Source: Haplodiscus bocki
Taxonomy: Eukaryota
Length of the DNA stretch: 64,000 nucleotides
Direction: 5' to 3'
Assembly: GCA_965655095.1 (NCBI GenBank)
Contig: OZ296649.1
Location: 44,144,001-44,208,000 of the forward strand
Shown here: piece by piece, positions 53,401 to 61,800 of the stretch
Layout of the letters: every line of letters begins with the position of its first letter
Position numbering within the stretch: the stretch's first letter is position 1
Translations under genes and position numbers: made by a program
Notes under the pieces: generated by a model
What the model saw: the letters and a program-made list of their open reading frames with translations, nothing else
Databases searched by the model: none
What the model was told of the DNA's origin: nothing

Positions 53401-55865
53401 TGAATTAGCAAAAGCTCAAAAAATATAGTAGCAATTAAGATAGTTACTAATTGCGGAAAAAAATCAATCCTGGTTTTTACCGAACTAAAGTGCTTTAAAC
53501 GGTTTAAAAGTTTTCCGTTATTCCATATAGGCCAAATAAATCAGCGGTTTTTGAGGTAGTTTTAGTTTTGTTACTTTGGTGGTATCCAGTCACTCAAAAA
53601 ATTGCGTTTTTCTCAAATTTTGGCCATCGGAAAACCAAACGAATGAAAATTCTTTTATTCGCTTCTTTTCGCAATATGGACTGAAATTTAGAAATCTCTG
53701 CCTCAAAGAGCAATTATCTTGAATTAATTACAAAAAAATAACAAGCTATAACAAAAAATGTTAATCTGAATCCAAAAAATCAGTTGTTTTGTGCTTTTTC
53801 GAGAAAAATAGAGCTGAATCAGCGCTGTTCGGAGATTTCAGGTAATGAAAATTGCTGCGTCGGAGCTGAAACAGGCTTGATCATCCATGATACTTTTTGA
53901 ATCAGAGCTGATCAGTACGGTGTGTCTCTGAGAAATCAATCCTGGATTATTACTAAATAATTTGGGCAACCTACGATGATTTGGCGACTGAGAGTCTCAA
54001 CGATATCAGTTCCACCTAAATGTGCACGGTGCCTCTAACATCAATAATTAACCATCAATAATTATTAACTATCAATAATTAGCTTGATCACCGAAAATTC
54101 CAATCGATAAACCTGTTAAGTTAATACTATAGGAGATCATATGTTTCATTCCTACAATTTTTTAGATATTGAATTGTTCCCGTAGAATCCAGGAAATATA
54201 GTTTTGCACTGTCTTTTCTTTTTATGCCATAGTGCATGTACACCATAAAATATATTAGAAATCAGAAAAAAATAATTGGAAGCAAAACAAGACGACCGGC
54301 TACCACCGGCATATTTTCCGCCCACCAATTTTAAAAAGAGGAAAACGTTTTTTTCTTTAAAAAATAGTCTTTCTTCACATATTTTCTTTGATTTTTTTGA
54401 TTTTTTTGCAAAAAACTTCACAATGAAGGTGGAAAAGACATTTTTAAGAAATAGCTTCATCTGATACGCATTCTGCAGCAATTTTTTAGAAAAAAAAATC
54501 AATTCTTTTTCACAAATCCAAATTTCGTAAGTTTTGAGAGATCTTACTATTTCAGTCGCATTCTATGGCAAATTTGCTATAATTTGGTTATAAAAATTTT
54601 TCAACTCAGGACCGTCCGGACACACCGTCAGAAGTAGGACAATATCAACTGGCAAGTAAACGTAAAAAATGCATCCTTGAGTGGATGATTTTCCTTCCAT
54701 ATTGCACATAGGCGGAAAATAATAATATCTGAGAAACATGCGGCGATCTGGTTCAAATGTAATATATTTGTTTCTTTAGGTTTGAGCTGCGAGAATCGAA
54801 TAGATTGAATCGGGAGACTCTGCAGGACAATTTTGTCGAGTTGAAGAATGAGTTGAATGTTCATGCGAGCACTCAGAACCCCTCGAACTCTAATCCGACC
54901 ACTGCTACTAGCAGTCACTGTGGAACGATTAGACCCCCGAGCACCGGCAGGACTAAACACGATTGCATCAGGAATTTTTGTAAAACAAGATTTGTTTTAT
55001 ACATGTTGCATCTTCCAAGTGAAGATATTAAAATGCTACTTGCCCTGCTTAAAATTGAAAACAATGTATTTCGCGGTAAAATCAAGGACTTGTCAAAAAC
55101 TTCTGAAGTTCATAAGTTCATATGCAATTTTCCACTGGCGTACGCAGTTTTGAACAATCTTTCGTGAACAAGGCTGGGCATTCAATGTTCATTGCTGCTT
55201 ACAATTAAAGGTAGCTTTTGAGAGCATCAGGTCAAGGTTTCAAACACTTAAAGTCTCCTAGATGTTTGCTGATTGCTGATTCTCTCTCTAGTGCTTCATT
55301 TGCAGTCGGATGTCAGAAAAAACAAATCGTTTTTTAGAAATAGAGATTTCGCAGTTACACACAAATCAATTTAGAAAAATATAAAAACTTCAAAAATTAC
55401 TTGATGAAGCAAAATTTTCTACATGGAACAATAAATGGCATCTCATTTTTTAATGTGTTTTCAGCCACTGTAGACAACAATCTTCTACAAATTCAATGTC
55501 TGCAAGACGAGATTGTTGAGCTTTCTGACTCAGTTTCCGAGCTGACAGCCATGGTCAGTGACTCACACGAGGCATTGAAAAGCCTAGAAAGTCTTTTATT
55601 CTCATATGGACCCTATCTCAGCACTTGCAGGATGCCCCACCCTTCCTCAGGACACCCAACCCCAGGGTTAATGGACCAAATGGGTCAAATGAGTCAAATA
55701 GGTCAATTTAACTCTCACTACGACGTAGAACCATCCATTCCAACGCAGAGTCCACCTAGAACAATGACGTCATCGACAGAGGGCGTCGTTAGACCAGTTT
55801 TGGTCACCTCTGAAAATCAAGGCAAGAATTTGACCCAAAACAGTGATAGCTGTTCACACTTGTAA
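8305..55865 (+). CDS. TRPC-family (canonical TRP) cation channel, 3' part of a multi-exon gene. Exons: 8305-8493, 10178-10343, 11951-12071, 21317-21482, 46060-46277, 46986-47193, 50587-50799, 51001-51084, 53002-53117, 54780-~54946, 55465-55865
   Basis: Exons joined at AG/GT boundaries with consistent phases give [102 protein letters not shown] box [31 protein letters not shown] and [17 protein letters not shown]. These are all hallmark TRPC segments in the expected order. The donor of the penultimate exon is uncertain. Confidence 0.95.
10178..10343 (+). CDS. TRPC exon (S1-S2)
   Basis: tttcag|CCTTTC ... ATTG|gttagt; [19 protein letters not shown]...[11 protein letters not shown]; ends in phase 1. 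Confidence 0.93.
11375..11459 (+). repeat. 23-bp minisatellite, ~3.7 copies
   Basis: Unit GCCGACCAAAAAGCAGAAAAAGT. Confidence 0.92.
11951..12071 (+). CDS. TRPC exon (S2-S3), absent from the ORF track
   Basis: tttag|GAATGG ... GCCAG|gtatgc; [40 protein letters not shown]; phases match both neighbouring exons. Confidence 0.93.
13056..16700 (+). mobile_element. Degenerate non-LTR retrotransposon (LINE): APE endonuclease and RT remnants separated by apparently unrelated sequence
   Basis: APE-like [11 protein letters not shown] and [13 protein letters not shown] (13190-13370); RT-like [25 protein letters not shown] (YADD) and NIKKTKYM (15300-16700). Confidence 0.75.
21317..21482 (+). CDS. TRPC exon (S3-S4)
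   Basis: tttcag|GACC ... TTTCAG|gtcagt; [33 protein letters not shown]. Confidence 0.93.
22090..23000 (-). mobile_element. hAT transposase remnant
   Basis: [10 protein letters not shown] matches the hAT DVxTRWNS motif; downstream WSRNE.. resembles the start of the dimerisation domain; many stops. Confidence 0.6.
23405..23545 (+). repeat. tRNA-derived SINE-like repeat with two B-box-like motifs
   Basis: GGTTCGATTC (~23414), then A-box TGGCACAATGG and B-box GGTTCGAATTCC; a homologous inverted copy lies at ~49590-49735. Confidence 0.55.
24629..24828. other. Assembly gap (200 N)
   Basis: Run of 200 N. Confidence 1.
25227..25785 (+). repeat. Polinton left TIR
   Basis: Starts AATAATATAGTATATTGCGGATAATACC; reverse complement of 42443-43009. 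Manual count: 5 substitutions in the outer ~180 bp, with more differences and indels further in. Confidence 0.96.
25784..26119 (-). CDS. Polinton hypothetical protein (111 aa)
   Basis: Intact ORF with a TAAATG start, abutting the left TIR; no recognised motif. Confidence 0.6.
   Translation of the reverse strand: METIKDISNFCNAAVFYDYTNIRITCELNEARKCIYNGFYKTIPQTRILESLSIIDDIFLKINNNDIEKILENIHDLRENILYRLSFEKLIRDEQQTIRPILTEDDDQQNS
26144..26698 (-). pseudogene. Polinton hypothetical protein, frameshifted (~180 aa)
   Basis: Adjacent ORF pieces 26432-26698 and 26144-26419; TAAATG start; no recognised motif. Confidence 0.55.
26715..26957 (-). CDS. Polinton hypothetical protein (80 aa)
   Basis: Intact ORF tightly packed with its neighbours; no recognised motif. 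Confidence 0.5.
   Translation of the reverse strand: MEAFINVIRIDPKVGVEINNMLDRYNRLPRKYQSKNGYDTLIQNVILKELIILMGATIVDIDTELKMKINRIKYLEDRLM
27000..28270 (+). pseudogene. Tandem paralogous C2H2-like zinc-finger proteins (decayed)
   Basis: [24 protein letters not shown] (~27160) and LLCKVCDR (27710). The duplicated C-termini read [43 protein letters not shown] and [43 protein letters not shown]. Confidence 0.75.
28438..28641 (+). CDS. Small predicted membrane protein (67 aa)
   Basis: Asn-rich N-terminus followed by a hydrophobic stretch ([15 protein letters not shown]); TAAATG start. Confidence 0.5.
   Translation: MCITNVTDDYNDTLSLNNNCTNNDNNENNIEILITLFTKIPSGMSLICLISFMVYTLLKPLFNKKNI
28650..29384 (+). 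pseudogene. A32/FtsK-like genome-packaging ATPase (frameshifted)
   Basis: Walker [14 protein letters not shown]; Walker B ILDD (~29008); [27 protein letters not shown], typical of A32-like ATPases. Confidence 0.9.
29385..30252 (+). pseudogene. Polinton coiled-coil protein with a conserved-looking C-terminal helical domain
   Basis: Fragments 29385-29600 and 29917-30252. The C-terminus LKGQG...[43 protein letters not shown] resembles a domain common next to Maverick capsid genes (recognition, not searched). Confidence 0.6.
30228..31010 (+). pseudogene. Minor capsid protein (penton, single jelly roll)
   Basis: [24 protein letters not shown] and the C-terminal [26 protein letters not shown] pattern typical of Polinton minor capsid proteins; one in-frame stop at ~30474. 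Confidence 0.82.
31184..32425 (+). pseudogene. Major capsid protein (double jelly roll), disrupted
   Basis: ~410 codons in pieces, beta-rich: [54 protein letters not shown]. Lies between the minor capsid and protease genes. Confidence 0.85.
32428..32826 (+). pseudogene. Adenain-like cysteine maturation protease
   Basis: Catalytic motifs GATHWTCF (His), YFDSFG (Asp), [10 protein letters not shown] (Gln, Cys); two in-frame stops after the Cys. Confidence 0.92.
33078..34378 (+). pseudogene. Candidate fibre/spike protein: repeat shaft plus MAM-like C-terminal head (decayed; missing from the ORF track)
   Basis: Manual translation. Repeats: [65 protein letters not shown]-terminus: FLYIESS...IKFFYN...MGRFRI...W...[11 protein letters not shown]. 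Confidence 0.6.
34401..34880 (+). pseudogene. Two short, possibly paralogous helical ORFs
   Basis: [23 protein letters not shown] (34401) and [20 protein letters not shown] (34644), joined by a TAAATG stop-start junction. Confidence 0.5.
35041..35616 (+). CDS. Polinton coiled-coil protein with two hydrophobic segments (191 aa, intact)
   Basis: Open frame; [23 protein letters not shown] and [17 protein letters not shown] are flanked by charged coiled-coil regions. Confidence 0.75.
   Translation: MTTYTNLNIDPELLKIKTKDDEIQDLKYKTEKHVHENILKSLKIDNEYYEKNNKSLNKKKRLLIITEFMIGSGSAIGSSTMGLINPGAGNIISSSTALLTSIAILITNEYISKLKIRYTKLREWINVITLLYEKTLWSSLVNKKIDEKEAEELKKSYNHYVDKRKEIMKNTSFKVGDVFGNIISKDNFNQE
35757..35895 (+). 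pseudogene. Small zinc-ribbon protein (frameshifted)
   Basis: [13 protein letters not shown] ... [17 protein letters not shown]; TAAATG start, and its TAA stop directly precedes the next ATG. Confidence 0.5.
35896..36324 (+). CDS. Candidate protease-processed virion core / membrane-active protein (142 aa, intact)
   Basis: Cys/His-rich N-terminal half, then LEGG|S followed by an amphipathic basic segment ([24 protein letters not shown]); further FSGG and MHGHG motifs. Confidence 0.6.
   Translation: MTRGEDFIKNAKCTRGHRSAMSNSAWCDLNENCTVLNLHDVCHNPKCRCQKQITFPPKQFQLEGGSIESKVQKNFEGTQTAWSTFLKPAINVAPPFIGMTVSAKIKNPKVGQATTNILKSFSGGKILSVTDMHGHGLHLKKM
36353..36979 (+). pseudogene. HNH-type (NCLDV-like) endonuclease, disrupted
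   Basis: N-terminal Cys motif (KCCRS...NFHK...[10 protein letters not shown]), [12 protein letters not shown], and [21 protein letters not shown]...[19 protein letters not shown]. Confidence 0.7.
36963..37815 (+). pseudogene. rve-family (retroviral-like) DDE integrase, frameshifted
   Basis: [69 protein letters not shown]; frameshift at ~37340. Confidence 0.93.
37831..39114 (+). pseudogene. Two CxxC...CxxC zinc-ribbon proteins (decayed, possibly paralogous)
   Basis: RCGRCN...TCFSCG (37831-) and CPSCKQ...YYCRNCE (38337-); each is followed by NKxKH/NKQRH and an LKYAxKK motif. Confidence 0.6.
39208..42443 (+). pseudogene. polB: Protein-primed family B DNA polymerase (pPolB), multiply disrupted
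   Basis: ExoI GYDLET, Exo[10 protein letters not shown], ExoIII VKNDV, motif [13 protein letters not shown], motif B KLIMNNL*G, motif C YYTVTDS (YxDTDS with D>V), LAPKIKY; several stops and frameshifts. Confidence 0.93.
42443..43009 (-). repeat. Polinton right TIR
   Basis: Ends GGTATTATCCGCAATATACTATATTATT; matches the left TIR in inverted orientation. Confidence 0.96.
43153..43297. repeat. Imperfect inverted repeat (~56-bp arms, ~33-bp spacer)
   Basis: 43153-43208 is reverse-complementary to 43242-43297. Confidence 0.8.
46060..46277 (+). CDS. TRPC exon (S4-S5 linker, S5), absent from the ORF track
   Basis: tttttag|ATCAGT ... GTCGA|gtaagt; [41 protein letters not shown]. Confidence 0.93.
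46986..47193 (+). CDS. TRPC exon (pore helix, selectivity filter, S6)
   Basis: ttcag|TGCG ... ATCGAG|gtcagt; [10 protein letters not shown]...[19 protein letters not shown]. Confidence 0.93.
48287..49003. mobile_element. MITE-like non-autonomous element rich in CAGCGCTG palindromes
   Basis: Ends CCCGGGTTGGCGTCTCAGAGA and TCTCTGGGACTTCAACCCGGG are inverted repeats; related partial copies at ~45770-45900 and ~53810-53945; no clear TSD. Confidence 0.7.
49590..49735 (-). repeat. Second copy of the tRNA-derived SINE-like repeat
   Basis: The reverse complement aligns with 23405-23545 (TTGCAATxGTTCCCATG, GGGTAxGACAAC, two B-box-like motifs). Confidence 0.55.
50587..50799 (+). CDS. TRPC exon (TRP box)
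   Basis: ttgtag|AGCAAT ... GAATGC|gttagt; [36 protein letters not shown]. Confidence 0.95.
51001..51084 (+). CDS. TRPC exon (C-terminal linker)
   Basis: tttcag|GGAAGT ... TATCAA|gttagc; 84 nt, phase 0; ends in HYQ, which joins [10 protein letters not shown] to give the conserved YQxVMxxLVxRY motif. Confidence 0.8.
53002..53117 (+). CDS. TRPC exon (rib helix / coiled coil)
   Basis: ggcag|GATGTC ... CTCAG|gtttt; [16 protein letters not shown]...[15 protein letters not shown]. Confidence 0.92.
54285..54725 (+). repeat. Interspersed repeat family (AACAAGAC...AAAATAATA)
   Basis: Homologous to ~49850-50375 (shared GAGAxATCTTACxATTTCAGTCGCATTCTAxGG); related heads at ~49055 and, inverted, ~52490-52525. 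Confidence 0.65.
54780..54946 (+). CDS. TRPC exon (C-terminal tail; 3' boundary uncertain)
   Basis: ctttag|GTTTGAG completes SSLR-FELRE in the correct phase. No strong GT donor is visible; a phase-1 end is required by the next exon. Confidence 0.7.
55465..55865 (+). CDS. Probable TRPC terminal exon
   Basis: ttttcag acceptor, open coiled-coil and low-complexity frame ([30 protein letters not shown]...) ending in TAA at 55863-55865. Confidence 0.65.
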
Positions 55866-58800
55866 TTATTAATTTGTTCAAATATCGCATTATTGGTTTT
55901 TTATGCACTTCTCGTTTTGATATCTAAGGTGTATAAAACATTAATTTTCTCCTCTAACTTCTTGCTTTTTCAACGTGGAATAAGAATCAGGGACCACAGA
56001 TTTTTACCGGCAGCATCAAAAAGCATAAATTGCAGAATCCCTCTCCTAAAGCATAAATTCCCGGGTAGAGCAGTTGGGGCATAATCGAGCATAAAGTGAC
56101 AAAAAACGAGAATTTTGAACACAATTACTCGCGAACTTCACAAATTAGCCGTTTTCTGATTGAGCTTGAACAAAAATTGTCTCATTTCGTGCATGGAAAC
56201 ATCATTTTTCAGATTTATGTGGGCCAGAAATATGACCATCATTCTTTTTGTTTTTGCTCTAAAAAATTAAATTGCAGACGACAGGTATATATTTTGGTGG
56301 AAATGGTGGAATTGGAGAAAAAATGCGTTAAGAAAGCCTGAATCAATCTACAGCAGCAAAAAAGCATAATTTTTAAACTACTGCAGCAGAAATGGCCGTA
56401 TGTGGCAGCATAAATCTGTGGTCCCTGAATAAGAATTCAGACACGAGCTGAAAGTTTATATAATAATTTGCACTTTGTTGGTATTTAGATACGCTCATAT
56501 CTACATTGCAAAACAACAGCAAGTTCGTAGAACTGATCATGTAAATAAAATAAATTTCATTCTGGGCATGCAATTTTACGGCTCTTTTCGCCAGATTGAC
56601 AGTGCTGCCAAAAATTGGTTCATAAGGCAGTTAATTTTTTGAAGAAAAAATTGAGCAAACGACAGAAACAAGCAATAAGTTTGGTGGAAGCTATTTAAAA
56701 TCACTGCAACTTGAGACGGTTTCCTGCAATCTTGTTAAAGTAATTTACCACAGTTAAAGTATCATACAATTGGAAAGAATTAGAAGAGAAGTAGTGTTTC
56801 ATAGTCTATCATTTCCAGTAGTGTCTGACTTAGGACTGCTGAGCTTGACTGTCAAGCTTGCCCTGGTTGAAGTCGCTTGCAGTTTTCAATGCCCCGTACT
56901 GAGACTCTGGGGATCCCTCCGGTGGCCGTCGTTGGTTCGGTGGTCCAGGGCAATCCGACTAATGGCGACAGCCACTGATTCACCTGGCCGTCGATAGACC
57001 ATCTACGAAAATTATGAATCTTGAAAGTCACAACGTCTTAAAATGCTATTAACTTCCTTCTTTCACAAAATACAGAGGTTTTCCACCGGTGAACCACAGA
57101 TGGTCATTGATGGAATTCTAGAAAACCGGTCGCTAACTTTTCTAACCGGTGGTCAAGTATTGACCATTCATGAGTTCGATGGCATAGCAATGGCCATCAG
57201 TGAGATGCCGTAGATTTTCCGTACGGCTCTGACATTTAGATTTCCCAGCGGATCAGTGACGATGCTGGATACTCTCATGATCTCAACTTCAGGCAATGTT
57301 TCATCTGATATTGGAGGAGGGACAACTTTTGGTCTATGACATTCTGAAAAATTTGATTTCAAGGCTGGTGAAGTTAAGTCATTGGAATTGGTGTTTAAAA
57401 TTTCAACAGCTAAATTAGCTATTGCTGACATTATCTTCTATGCAGACGAGCAAATGTCGTTCACTCAACCAAAAACTGGGATCGCACTTCTTTTTGTCTT
57501 TTTGCTGCTCCACCTAATTCTTCATCAGATATGTCATACTTTTCAACTGTAGAAAGACTTTTTCTCGTACTTTCTGACGAACCTGAATCTTCAACTATCT
57601 AGTTTTTCTATTCCAAACTCATCCTGACAATGCTGAATATTTGTGAGTAGCAATTTTCAATTTTCCCTTTTGCAAATAAACAGAGAAAATGCCAAACATC
57701 CTAAGCTTTGTCGTAAACTTGATGAAGGTACAAATACACGAATTTTTTGGACCATTTCAAAATTAAAGAATTTCAGATATAAAAAGCGCGAAAAAAAGTG
57801 AGGAAATTCAACGGTGACGCCGAAATTCTTGGCGTTAAATTAGATCGAAAGACTTTTGATTGGGAGGAAAAAAGCCAGAGACGTCAAAATGTACTTCTTC
57901 TGATTGTCTCAAAAAATGCTGGCAAACAAGTTATACAACTTGGAGTTTCGTTTTGAAGTTACCAATAAGTACGGATTCTAATTTTGTGCCAAACTTAGAT
58001 GTGATAATTACCTTTGAATGTTAGTTATTCAATTTTTTAGAGTTTAAGTGTATAGGTGCAAAATATACCGATAGTATTTGAACTCAGTGAAAAAAATTGA
58101 CGTATCTTTGAGGAAGTATTTCATTTTTAATAGTGATGTCAAATATTTCAGATTTTTACACTATTCTATACTCTAGAACTTTTTTCAAATCTACAGAATC
58201 AATGGAATCATTTGAGTCAAGGAAGTTTGTAAATATTGGCGTTTTGGTTTTGCCTCAGAAACTTTGACGCACCTCATAACTTAGTTACTTTTGTCAACTT
58301 TTTAATAACGCAGTTTAATTGAGTTAAAAGTCCAGTTGCAGCAACATTTCAGCGGAAAAACATTGTTTAATGCCATCTGATGGTGCATTGAGTTCAAGTT
58401 GCTAGTTCATATGAGCTTGAAGAATTGTGATGTATATATTAGGTTGTAAAAATAGCACGACTACAATAACGTTTCAACCATCAACGCAAAGACACATTTT
58501 TCCAAGATATTTTATTTGATAACAAGAATCTTTGATGCATTTTTGAACCTTTTTGGGTGACGTTTTGGGCTCAACAATCTCTTTTATCAAGCAAGTCAAA
58601 GCACTACGTCTTGGTTAACTACAAATTTAGCCACTGACGTCGTAGTGACATTTGCTCATTACAATTTTTTGCGAGATTTTTTTTTGAAAATAGCAACAGG
58701 TTTCAATTCAAAGAGTCAAGTTAGTTTTGTCAGCAAGTATGTAGGTCGTCGAGATGACCTGCAAAGTGGTGTCTCTTCTTCGTCGACCCGAGGCAGTCTT

Positions 58801-61800
58801 CGCGGATGCTTACCCTCTGCGACAGCTGCATTATTGAATACAGGCACAAGAATTTGAAAACAAAGAGAGTTCACACATTGAGCAGTCAAGGGTTTCGAAA
58901 GTATCGAACTCTGCATTACTTCTGTTCAGGCTTCCGAGATAAGCATGGAAAATGAAGAACTTTTAGCTGCACAAAAATATACAGTTTCTTCCACTACTAC
59001 TTCCGGCTTGCTAATTGTACTTACTACATCCCTGACACGTTGACTGTAAATCTTTAATTTGTCACAAAGTGACGTGAGGTAGTTCTATGTTGACTGAACC
59101 TAAACCAATGAAAGGGAAAACCGCGGTAAAGTTAGAATGATGTCTGCCGCATGTTTAGTATCTTCCGCTGCATCCTGAAATTTGGAAAATTTCATCAAAG
59201 TTTCCCTGTATTTCAGTTGTTTGATGTAACGTTTAAAATTGCGTCAAAGTTTGCAAAACTCATTACTGACACTACCGGAAAATCAAGGCACTTGACAGAA
59301 CTACGTTTGAAAATTTATTAGGAATCAGATAAAATCAGTTGAAATGTCTATTGTAACGAACCAAATGACGGAGAAGAACCATGGAACATTACATTTTCAA
59401 AAGTGTTCTCTTAAAACTCTCAGCTAGTAAACGAGGATTCTCGTCTTTCTACATAATTTGTATCTTTTAACATGAAATTTGCGAACCATACCTCCAGAAA
59501 TTTTGGGACTAGGCGATGTTTGGTTCAAAAACTTGGCCCAATTATTTCAGCAGCTTCACGGAAAATTTTTACAGGGGCCCTCAAAAGTGATATGAGGTTA
59601 ATCAAAATCGGAATAAATTTAACCTCCGATAGTGTTCGAATTCAATGAAACGAAAGTTTTTTCCTTAAACAGTTGGATCGTTTTTATTGGACGACTCGTT
59701 CAGGTATCAACACAATGTTCTGGTCTGCACCTCAAATATCAAAAAATAACCATTAAATACCATTTTACCTCGCAGACTTTGTTATTTAACTCTATAGATT
59801 GAGAAGGCCAATTATATTTGGTACTCAATGGTTTCATTTTTCAAAGTCATTTTTTGTCTAAGTTACACCGGCTGGGTTTATGCCATGAGGTCTCAACCCG
59901 CAATTCTCTAATTTTGCAAGGTCATTCAAAAAATAATTGAATTTGCTTGAATTTTTTTAAATCGGAAAGCTGATGTAGTAAAATCAGCAAAACGTGCGAA
60001 CAGTATTGATTTTTCATGCAGATCGAAACAATTTCTCTCCAAGGTACTAGCTGATATTCTCTCATCAATGTATCAGTCTATAGTTTTCAACTCAAGGGAA
60101 AGTTTTTGTTCTTTTAATGCGTTCTGATTCTTGCATTGGACACTTACTGCGGTGATAATGGCAAACTTGGGTGTATGTATGATAGTTCTTGATAATCTAA
60201 CTCACTTCTTTTCCAATTTAAATAGCTGGTTTTATCCTCAAGTTTTCGATCGACAACGTTTTGCTTTTATGGGGCCGACTAAGAGCAATGACGCTGTGTA
60301 TATTGTTTGCACCAAAAAACTGCTTGGCCAAGAATGCCAAAAGTGGCACATCTCATGATTCTTCTTCCTGATATTCTAACTGACTTTCCTCTGAAACGAA
60401 CTACAAGTTGCATATATTTCAGTCAAGGTCTCAGCCAACAGTTATCATTTTTGGAAGGTTCTTCACCACTGGTTTTTTGGCGAATGTTAGTAGCATTCGA
60501 AAATTTGAAGAAGGTTGAACTGGTCAAGTTTACACCGGATTGATATTTTAAAGAATTTGTACCCACTTTTCTCCTCAACTAGCGGTTGCATTCGTCTAAC
60601 GAGTGTTATTTGACAAAAATCTTTTGTCAGTGAGTCTGTCAGAAAAAGGCAATGCTGCGTTTCAATTCCTGCATTTAAAGCTTGTTAGGCCAAAACTCAA
60701 AAAATGCATATTCATTTGAATCGTATCGACATTCAATCTGGATTTTCTACAAAAAATTAGGCAGGATTGCGTCCATCAAGAACGTATCAATATTTTTACT
60801 TTCTGTATGAGGTAAAGATTTTACAAAAAAATTATTGCGAAAAATGTCTTTTGTACTGGTGGCCTCATAGACGGAAAATTGCAAAAGTCCAGTTGAAGTT
60901 GTATCTTAGTTGAACAAATTTCCGCCCCATTCGATGTTTTAAATGGCAGTATCACTGCGTTTTTTGGTTAGTATAAACGTACCAAGTGTAAAGGGCACAC
61001 ACTAATTAATGTGAATTTCACATAAAAGGAGTTGATGAAGTGCTCCTTTGTACAATCGACCAGTTATTGAGTCAGTAATACGTATTGCCTATATTTCATG
61101 TATATTCTCTCCTGATTCTTTGCATTGTGACAAGTATATCGAAGAACATGGTACTTTTTACTATGTTTTTTTTGGTTTTCCGTTGTAATGCAATTACGAA
61201 AGGAAAAACTTCATTTCAGTATAATGACTTTTTCTCGGCGATTTCGCTAATTCCTGTTGAACGTGATTACGAAGGTATACCCCACCTGGCGTCTTTTGTG
61301 CAATAGTTAAATTAACGGGCGTCAGACAATGAAGGTCCAGGTTTTACAATCAGACTTTTTGAAACGTACTGATTGCTTCCATCGGAAACTGATAAGAGAG
61401 TTTTCAATATGCATGAAATCATTGGGCACCAAAATTTTGGGTTTTGCTCTTCTGTTGGCAAATTTAATACTTTGATAAACTCCAAAACTGCAAATTGTAA
61501 TAATTTTAATCCAGAATCAATCAGTAGTCGGTCCAAAAGCACCTGTTCAACTCTTCCCATATTCACATCTTCAGACAACTTTTTACCGTAGAACGTCAAT
61601 TTATAATGTTTTTTTTTCGCTTTCGTTACTTAGATCGGAACACTGATAGGTCAAAAAAATCACACTTCACTGGAGATTTGGGTCTTCTGTCAAAAATACT
61701 GACGTTTTCTGGGCCAGACGTTCTCAATTCTTGTCGACCAAAAATATCTCAGCGCAGCTGTATCTTTTCTTTAACTTTGTTGAGTAATCGATTAATCTTT

